Translations under genes and position numbers: made by a program | Notes under the pieces: generated by a model | Told to the model about the DNA's origin: nothing | The model's input: the letters and a program-made list of their open reading frames with translations, nothing else | Database searches by the model: none | DNA from: Eledone cirrhosa | Taxonomy: Eukaryota | Direction of reading: 5' to 3' | Length of the DNA: 64,000 nucleotides | Assembly: GCA_964016885.1 (NCBI GenBank) | Contig: OZ024744.1 | Span: 80,662,001-80,726,000 of the forward strand | In this document: one piece after another, positions 36,001 through 64,000 of the stretch | How positions within the stretch are numbered: the stretch's first letter is position 1 | Layout of the letters: each line of letters starts with the position of its first letter

Positions 36001-39000
36001 TTATATATATACTGGACAGGTAATTTATATACACTGGACAGGTAATTTATATACACTGGACAGGTAATTTATATACACTGGACAGGAAATTTATATATAT
36101 ACTGGACAGATAATTTATATATATACTGGACAGATAATTTATATATATACTGGACAGGTAATTTATATATACTGGACAGGTAAATTTTATATACTGGACA
36201 GGTAATTTATATATACTGGACAGGTAATTTATATATACTGGACAGGTAATTTATATACACTGGACAGGTAATTAATATACACTGGACAGGTAATTAATAT
36301 ACACTGGACAGGTAATTAATATACACTGGACAGGTAATTTATATACACTGGACAGGTAATTTATATATACTGGACAGGTAATTTATATACAATGGACAGG
36401 CAATTTAAATACACTGGACAGGCAATTGATATACACTGGACAGGCAATTTATATACACTGGACAGGCAATTTATACACACTGGACAGGTAATTTATATAC
36501 ACTGGACAGGTAATTTATATACACTGGACAGGTAATTTATATACACTGGACAGGTAATTTATATACACTGGACAGGTAATTTATATACACTGGACAGGTA
36601 ATTTATATACACTGGACAGGTAATTTATATACACTGGACAGGTAATTTATATACACTGGACAGGTAATTTATATACACTGGACAGGTAATTTATATACAC
36701 TGGACAGGCAATTTATATACACTGGACAGGTAATTTATATATACAGGACAGGTAATTTATATATACAGGACAGGTAATATATATATACTGGACAGGTAAT
36801 ATATATATACTGGACAGGTAATATATATATACTGGACAGGTAATATATATATACTGGACAGGTAATATATATATACTGGACAGGTAATATATATATACTG
36901 GACAGGTAATATATATATACTGGAAGGTAATATATATACACTGGACAGGTAATATATATACACTGGACAGGTAATTTATATACACTGGACAGGTAATTTA
37001 TATACACTGGACAGGTAATTTATATACACTGGACAGGTAATTTATATACACTGGACAGGTAATTTATATACACTGGACAGGTAATATATATACATTGGAC
37101 AGGTAATATATATATACTGGACAGGTAATATATATATACACTGGACAGGTAATTTCTATACACTGGACAGGTAATTTATATATACTGGACAGGTAATTTA
37201 TATATACTGGACAGGTAATTTATATACACTGGACAGGTAATTTATATACACTGGACAGGTAATTTATATACACTGGACAGGTAATTTATATACACTGGAC
37301 AGGTAATTTATATACACTGGACAGGTAATTTATATACACTGGACAGGTAATTTATATACACTGGACAGGTAATTTATATACACTGGACAGGTAATATATA
37401 TACACTGGACAGGTAATATATATACACTGGACAGGTAATATATATACACTGGACAGGTAATATATATACACTGGACAGGTAATATATATACACTGGACAG
37501 GTAATTTATATATACTGGACAGGTAATTTATATATACTGGACAGGTAATATATATATACTGGACAGGTAATTTATATATACTGGACAGGTAATTTATATA
37601 TACTGGACAGGTAATATATATATACTGGACAGGTAATATATATATACTGGACAGGTAATTAATATATACTGGACAGGTAATTAATATATATTGGACAGGT
37701 AGTTTATATACACTGGACAAGTAATATATATATACTGGACAGGTAATTTATATACACCGGACAGGTAATATATATACACTGGACAGGTAATTTATATATA
37801 CTGGACAGGTAATTTATATATACTGGACAAGTAATTTATATACACTGGACAGGTAATTTATATATACTGGACAGGTAATTAATATATACTGGACAGGTAA
37901 TTAATATATACTGGACAGGTAATTTATATATATACTGGACAGGTAATTTATATATATACTGGACAGGTAATTTATATACACTGGACAGGTAATTTATATA
38001 CATTGGACAGGTAATTTATATACATTGGACAGGTAATTTATATACACTGGACAGGAAATTTATATATATACTGGACAGGTAATTTATATATATACTGGAC
38101 AGGTAATTTATATATATACTGGACAGGTAATTTATATATACTGGACAGGTAAATTATATATACTGGACAGGTAATTTATATATACTGGACAGGTAATTTA
38201 TATACACTGGACAGGTAATTAATATACACTGGACAGGTAATTAATATACACTGGACAGGTAATTTATATACACTGGACAGGTAATTTATATACACTGGAC
38301 AGGTAATTTATATACACTGGACAGGTAATTTATATATACTGGACAGGTAATTTATATACACTGGACAGGCAATTTAAATACACTGGACAGGCAATTTATA
38401 TACACTGGACAGGCAATTTATATACACTGGACAGGCAATTTATACACACTGGACAGGTAATTTATATACACTGGACAGGTAATTTATATACACTGGACAG
38501 GTAATTTATATACACTGGACAGGTAATTTATATACACTGGACAGGTAATTTATATACACTGGACAGGTAATTTATATACACTGGACAGATAATTTATATA
38601 TACTGGACAGGTAATTTATATATACACTGGACAGGTAATTTATATATACACTGGACAGGCAATTTATATATATACTGGACAGGTAATTTATATACACTGG
38701 ACAGGTAATTTATATACACTGGACAGGAAATTTATATATATACTGGACAGGTAATTTATATATATACTGGACAGGTAATTTATATATATACTGGAGAGGT
38801 AATTTATATATACTGGACAGGTAAATTATATATACTGGACAGGTAATTTATATATACTGGACAGGTAATTTATATATACTGGACAGGTAATTTATATATA
38901 CTGGACAGGTAATTTATATACACTGGACAGGTAATTTATATACACTGGACAGGTAATTTATATACACTGGACAGGTAATTTATATACACTGGACAGGCAA

Positions 39001-41150
39001 TTTATATACACTGGACAGGCAATTTATATACACTGGACAGGCAATTTATATACACTGGACAGGCAATTTATATACACTGGACAGGCAATTTATATACACT
39101 GGACAGGCAATTTATATACACTGGACAGGCATTTTATATACACTGGACAGGTAATTTATATACACTGGACAGGTAATTTATATACACTGGACAGGTAATT
39201 TATATACACTGGACAGGTAATTTATATACACTGGACAGGTAATTTATATACACTGGACAGATAATTTATATATACTGGACAGATAATTTATATATACTGG
39301 ACAGGTAATTTATATATACACTGGACAGGTAATTTATATATATACTGGACAGGTAATTTATATACACTGGACAGGTAATTTATATACACTGGACAGGTAA
39401 TTTATATGTATACTGGACAGGTAATTTATATATACTGGACAGGTAATTTATATATATTGGACAGGTAATTTATATATACTGGACAGGTAATTTATATATA
39501 CTGGACAGGTAATTTATATATACTGGACAGGTAATTTATATACACTGGACAGGAAATTTATATACACTGGACAGGTAATTTATATACACTGGACAGGCAA
39601 TTTATATATACTGGACAGGTAATTTATATATACTGGACAGGAAATTTATATATATACTGGACAGGAAATTTATATACACTGGTCAGGTAATTTATATATA
39701 TACTAGTCAGGTAATTTATATACACTGGACAGATAATTTATATACACTGGACAGGTAATTTATATATACTGGACAGGTAATATATATATACTGGACAGGT
39801 AATTTATATACACTGGACAGGTAATTTATATATACTGGACAGGTAATTTATATATACTGGACAGGTAATTTATATATACTGGACAGGTAATTTATATATA
39901 TACTGGACAGGTAATTTATATATACTGGACAGGAAATTTATATATATACTGGACAGGAAATTTATATATATACTGGACAGGAAATTTATATATATACTGG
40001 ACAGGTAATTTATATACACTGGACAGGTAATTTATATACACTGGACAGGTAATTTATATATATACTAGTCAGGTAATTTATATACACTGGACAGGTAATT
40101 TATATATACTGGACAGGTAATTTATATATATACTAGTCAGGTAATTTATATACACTGGACAGGTAATTTATATACACTGGACAGGTAATTTATATATACT
40201 GGACAGGTAATATATATATACTGGACAGGTAATTTATATACACTGGACAGGTAATTTATATATACTGGACAGGTAATTTATATATATACTTGACAGGTAA
40301 TTTATATATACTGGACAGGTAATTTATATACACTGGACAGGTAATTTATATATACTGGACAGGTAATTTATATATACTGGACAGGTAATTTATATAAACT
40401 GGACAGGTAATTTATATATACTGGACAGGTAATTTATATATATACTAGTCAGGTAATTTATATACACTGGACAGATAATTTATATACACTGGACAGATAA
40501 TTTATATACACTGGACAGGTAATTTATATATACTGGACAGGTAATATATATATACTGGACAGGTAATTTATATACACTGGACAGGTAATTTATATATACT
40601 GGACAGGTAATTTATATATATACTTGACAGGTAATTTATATATACTGGACAGGTAATTTATATACACTGGACAGGTAATTTATATATACTGGACAGGTAA
40701 TTTATATACACTGGACAGGAAATTTATATATACTGGACAGGTAATTTATATATATACTGGACAGGTAATTTATATATACTGGACAGGTAATTTATATATA
40801 TACTGGACAGGTAATTTATATATATACTTGACAGGTAATTTATATATATACTAGTCAGGTAATTTATATATACTGGACAGGTAATTTATATATATACTGG
40901 ACAGGTAATTTATATATATACTTGACAGGTAATTTATATATATACTAGTCAGGTAATTTATATATACTGGACAGGTAATTTATATATATACTGGACAGGT
41001 AATTTATATATATACTTGACAGGTAATTTATATATATACTAGTCAGGTAATTTATATATACTGGACAGGTAATTTATATATACTGGACAGGTAATTTATA
41101 TATATACTGGACAGGTAATTTATATATATACTAGTCAGATAATTTATATA
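1..41150. repeat. Satellite array, 22-bp monomer CTGGACAGGTAATTTATATACA (20/24/26-bp variants via TA slippage), ~1,800 copies, runs off the window start
   Basis: Read directly: head-to-tail monomers are uninterrupted except at 27626-28237. Common variants are TACAC/TATAC, AATTT/AATAT/AATTA, GGAGAG, GGCAAT and CTAGTCAG. Confidence 0.99.
27626..28237 (-). mobile_element. 5'-truncated RTE-clade non-LTR retrotransposon (ORF C-terminus, 3' UTR, (ATG)n tail) inserted in the satellite
   Basis: The minus ORF ending at 27923 reads ERRLRWYGHVMRMKDD..GNRGVGRPKMTWDEVIKADL..DRDFWR, the typical RTE C-terminus. (CAT)n at ~27624-27643 is the 3' tail. ACTGGACA at 27618-27625 and 28238-28245 fits a target-site duplication. 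Confidence 0.9.
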
Positions 41151-41151
41151 G

Positions 41152-41273
41152 AGATCCAGAAGGATGGAACGCAAACTTTACTATGATAGGATTTGAACTC
41201 AGAAAGAGAACCGGAAAGAATACAGTAAATCACTCTATATGATGTGCTAACGACTTTGCTAATTTGACGCCTT
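41152..41273 (-). mobile_element. Decayed tRNA-derived SINE head abutting the end of the satellite
   Basis: GAAGGATGGAACGCAAA..GGATTTGAACTCAGAA..GTGCTAACGAC resembles the reverse complement of the SINEs at 49689 and 62801, including box B. Confidence 0.6.
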
Positions 41274-41757
41274 GTAGAAAATATATTAATACATAATTTG
41301 CTAAGGTTGCTTGAACATATGTTCACCAATTTGGCATAGCTTCTATGGCTGGAATTTCTTCATATCACCAACAATGTGTCAACACCACTACCACTTTACA
41401 AAGTGTGCTGTGTTTTTGTTTTTTTTTGTTCCAACACTAACTCTTGACAGGGTTCTGGGTACATTTTATCATGGCACCAGCACTAAAGGGTCCTCTCAAA
41501 CCCTGTATTATCTCCATTTGATTGTCAACACTGAGACCTCTTGTCACTCATCTCATTTACTTTGTGTGTCACTAACTAATGAAGAACTTAAGGAGATTTT
41601 TTTAAATGGTATTTATAACATATCTTAACATAAGTTTCTCATATCAAATTAAATTAGGAGGCTTTAATTTAAATAGGAAACCTTTTAAGTTAAGTTACAA
41701 AAACCATCTTAGTAATGAAATAATAATTTTAGTAAATCCCTCCAAATTTTTCATTAG

Positions 41758-42665
41758 TCCTTTTGATACCAACCCACCCTCTCAAAACAATCTATGTTAC
41801 TATGAAATAAAACCATACACATTAAATGACTTCCTATTTAAATTAAAATCTTAAAAACATAATTTGGCATTACAAATACTATTTTAATAATGAAATAATT
41901 ATTATTTTAGTATATCATCCTTAATTCTTCATTAATAGATTGAAATATAGTGTATTTCATTAGAAATGTGGTAATGAAATGGTTAAGTGAAGATCTTTTG
42001 TATATTAACTCCACATTTTTAGCCAATATAACAGTGTTTACTGATAGCCTTTCAAAAAAATTTAACCCTTTTGATATAAACCCCTGCCTGAAGGTGCCTC
42101 TAGTTCTATGAAACTAAACAGCCCATTTTAAAGTGTTTCTATTTAAAATCCTTCAACATAATTTGATATAAGAACCCTTTGTTAAGTTATGTTACAAATG
42201 CTATTTTGATAATGAAATAAGTAATAATTTTAATAAATCTTTCAAAAGTCTTCATTACTTCAAATAGAGTGTATTTCATTTAAAATAAGGTAGCAAAAGG
42301 GATAAAATTGCATTTTTTCCTAAATATTTTTATTAGAATTAATCAATTAAAAATAAATAAATAACATTTTATGATTTTTTTTTCATTAAAATTGTTGTTT
42401 TGATTTTCATAAAACAAGGGAATGGGAAAGTAAACAGTTTTTTTACCCTTTTGATACCAACCCAGTCAAAACTGACTTTAGTTCAAAGAAACAAAACCAA
42501 CCATTTTAATGGGTTCCTATTTAAATTGAAATCTTCCTACATAATTTTATATAAAAATCTTTTAAATTATGTTACAAATACTATCCTAATAATGAAATAA
42601 TTAGACATTTTAGTAAATCCTTTCAAATTCTTCATTAATTAATTGAAACACAGTGTATTTAAATG
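41758..42665. mobile_element. Three near-tandem copies of a ~230-bp AT-rich TTAA-flanked MITE (family B, piggyBac-like): ~41758-41985, 42062-42302, 42443-42665
   Basis: Shared CCCTTTTGATACCAACC start, internal TTCCTATTTAAATTAAAATC, and ends GGTAATGAAATGG-TTAA or GGTAGCAAAAGGG; a related copy is at ~57459-57815. Confidence 0.65.
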
Positions 42666-42714
42666 TTAAAAAATAACAATAAAGATTTTAGAATGTTACC
42701 TTGGAGCTGTTTAA

Positions 42715-42925
42715 CCCTTTAGCATTTACATTACTCTATATTTACTATTATTGTATTTTAGTGGTGAAGGCTTTACCTCACATAATTATCTCATATTATC
42801 GAATCTATGAGATTTTGATATTATATATTGAGAATAACACCTTAACATCAGTATGAGTGGCTGGTTACAGCCAGTTTGAGCAGAAAGAGGTGAGAGGAAT
42901 CTGGCCAGCTATGGCAGGTTTACAC
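42715..42925 (+). mobile_element. piggyBac-like MITE family A copy with decayed right end
   Basis: TTAA followed by CCCTTTAGCATTTACATTACTC; homologous to copies at 51381, 55189 and 56606. Confidence 0.75.
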
Positions 42926-43314
42926 TTTGAGGTAAATTCCTTTCATAAAAAGAATTTAAAGCAAATTTGCAGATTCAAAAATGCCAGCATAAAAACAACA
43001 ATATATTCTGCTCTGAGTTATGTTTTTTTAAATTCTTGTTTTGATGAGGGGATTTTATCTCGAAATATTAAGGGCTACAAAATAACTTCCAGGTAACATT
43101 CCAGCATCTTTGTTATCATTATTTTTAACATTTTATGTCCCATTTGCATTACTGTAGCCTTCTAAAAAGAAAAAACCCCCACTATTTTCTATATTTTACA
43201 GAAAGCTTAAAATAAACTACAACACCCTCTTACAATGCATTTCATTTGGTGTGTGGTAATGAAATGGTTAAAGGCAATACATTTTAATATTGTATAGAAA
43301 GGACAATATAAAAC

Positions 43315-62399
<19,085 letters not shown>

Positions 62400-62482
62400 C
62401 TATAAAGAAATATACAATGAATAAATTAATTTTCAATTCCTTACCATTAAAATCAATGTTTTATTATTATTATTATTATTAT

Positions 62483-62783
62483 TTTTTCATTTATCTTGCT
62501 TTATGTTCATACAAGCTATCACCAAGTCACAACCAGTGACCTCAAGAGACAACAAGGTCTGCCATGTTCAAGAAAGAATACACATACACACACCCATCTT
62601 TAGGTGTTTAGACTTGTGATGTACTTATATTGACAGAATCTTCCTTAGTATATGGGCAGTTCTCATCAGTACTATCTTTTGTATTTCTCCTATACGCGGG
62701 TTTCCTGGGATTTGCCATAAGTAATCATTAGATCCCTTAGGTATCATTCCTAGAGCGTCAACAACCACTGGTATTGTTTTAGT
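62483..62783 (-). mobile_element. 3' fragment of an R4/Dong-clade (restriction-like endonuclease) non-LTR retrotransposon in a (TAA)n microsatellite
   Basis: 62783-62625 translates TKTIPVVVDALGMIPKG...IPGNPRIGEIQKIVLMRTAHILRKILSI*, the RLE C-terminal pattern; (TTA)n lies on both flanks. Confidence 0.75.
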
Positions 62784-62800
62784 TTATTATTATTACTCTT

Positions 62801-62993
62801 GCGGTGAGGCGGTGGATTGGCAGTATCAGTGGAGTGTCGGACGCCATGCTTTCCAGCATAGTTACGTCCCTTTACGATCTAAGTTCAAATCCCGTCAAGG
62901 TTAACTTTGCCTTTCATCCTTACCGGGTCGATAAAATAAAGTACCAGTAATGTACTGGGTAATTGCTGGCCTTGTGCCAAATGTAGAAACAAT
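62801..62993 (+). mobile_element. tRNA-derived SINE (family 1), near full length
   Basis: Box A TGGCAGTATCAGTGG, box B GTTCAAATCC, same body as 49689-49876. Confidence 0.85.
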
Positions 62994-63510
62994 TCTTCTT
63001 CTTCTTCAAATCAGTGGTTTGGCAGTATCGGTAGAGCATCAAACACAATGCTTTACAGCAAAGGTTCTCAACGGGGGGCATATGCATCCCCAGGGGGCGT
63101 TTGGGAGCAAGGGGACATTAGGGGGGCGTTTGGAGCTTTGGAGTGCACTGGAAGGCTCTTTACTTTGGTAAGTTTTATAAGCCATATTTGTATGTCTTTG
63201 AGACAGCCAGTGTGAATGCATTTGAATAAGCTTGCAGACAGCATAACTATGGTCTGGCTGCAGCTGTGAGCAGGTGTGCAGGCGTGTCTAGACATTAACC
63301 GGCAATTGAGATCCTAACAATGGAAAAACCCACAGTCAACTGGGTCAAGGACACTTCAATCGCAGCCAGTTAGAATCTTGTCTTTCTTTCACCGATAACA
63401 ATGTATTTCATGTCTGAAGTTATTGACTCAACCGTAACGAGTTAACACTATGTAGATCTATTTTATTTCCTATTGTATAAATAATATTACAAAGAAAAAA
63501 AAGAAAAAAA

Positions 63511-63918
63511 AACACAGAAGCGGGTAGCACACACATCTAGGACCACACACAACACATAATCAGATAATACACACATCTAGGACCACATACAACACATAAG
63601 CAGGTAATACACACATCTAGGACCACATACAACACATAAGCAGGTAATACACACATCTAGGACTACATGCAACACATAAGGAGGTAGCACACACATCTAG
63701 GACCACATACAACACACAGGCAAGTAATACATACATTTAGGACCACATCCAACACATAAGCAGGTAATACAAACATCTAGGACCACATACAACACATAAT
63801 CAGGTAATACAAACATCTAGGACCACATGCAATACATAAGCAGGTAATACATACATCTAGGACTACCTACAACACACAGGCAGGTAATACATACATCTAG
63901 GACCAAATACAACACACA
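63511..63918. repeat. Minisatellite, 40-bp unit CAGGTAATACACACATCTAGGACCACATACAACACATAAG, ~10 copies
   Basis: ATCTAGGAC (with variants) recurs every 40 bp from 63535 to 63895. Confidence 0.95.
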
Positions 63919-64000
63919 TTGTAACATGTGCTACGGACGACGCTAGAGCAATGGTTAGCCAACATAAGGGTTTCGTCACTCTTCTGAAGAGAGAAAATCT

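Noticed and set aside
3688-37720. Dozens of minus-strand ORFs of type YINYLSSVYKLPVQCIYITCPV
   Set aside because: They are translations of the 22-bp monomer (66-bp, 22-aa period), open only where a variant removes the TAA. They overlap in all three frames and are not genes.
1-41150. CRISPR-like regular repeat
   Set aside because: No unique spacers and no cas genes; the context is eukaryotic with spliceosomal introns.
1-41150. TATATAAA TATA-box and Zelda TAGteam (CAGGTAA) motifs in each monomer
   Set aside because: TATA-like words are expected in TA-rich repeats. Zelda is arthropod-restricted and the host does not look like an arthropod. There is no promoter evidence.
63056-63160. hAT-like left end (GGTTCTCAACGGGGGG) with repeated GGGGGCGTTTGG
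   Set aside because: No matching right TIR or TSD found, so boundaries cannot be supported.

Overview
Eukaryotic, AT-rich animal genomic DNA. The SINE and LINE families look cephalopod (octopus-like), which is an inference from recalled repeat families and was not searched. Positions 1-~41150 are one large tandem array of a 22-bp monomer (consensus CTGGACAGGTAATTTATATACA, about 1,800 copies). It shows nested higher-order duplications and is interrupted once by a 5'-truncated RTE LINE at 27626-28237. Positions 41150-64000 carry ten minus-strand exons that splice in frame into 378 codons of the N-terminal regulatory half (GBD/DID/DD/coiled coil) of a Diaphanous-related formin. One intron is a U12-type AT-AC intron. 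No FH1/FH2 exon is visible, so the satellite probably lies inside a >43-kb intron of this gene. The introns hold two CR1-group LINE copies, R4/Dong, RTE and other LINE fragments, tRNA-derived SINEs, and piggyBac-, hAT- and pogo-like MITEs. Other notable items are two Penelope-type hammerhead ribozyme motifs (possibly a third at the window edge), a 131-bp fold-back palindrome with a template-switch signature, and an A-to-G-skewed LINE 3' UTR. The gene-sense strand of the satellite is an array of Pumilio elements and U1-like UUACCUG motifs. All ORFs called within the satellite are artefacts. Nothing here proves a new system; the satellite-intron RNA motif array is the best candidate.
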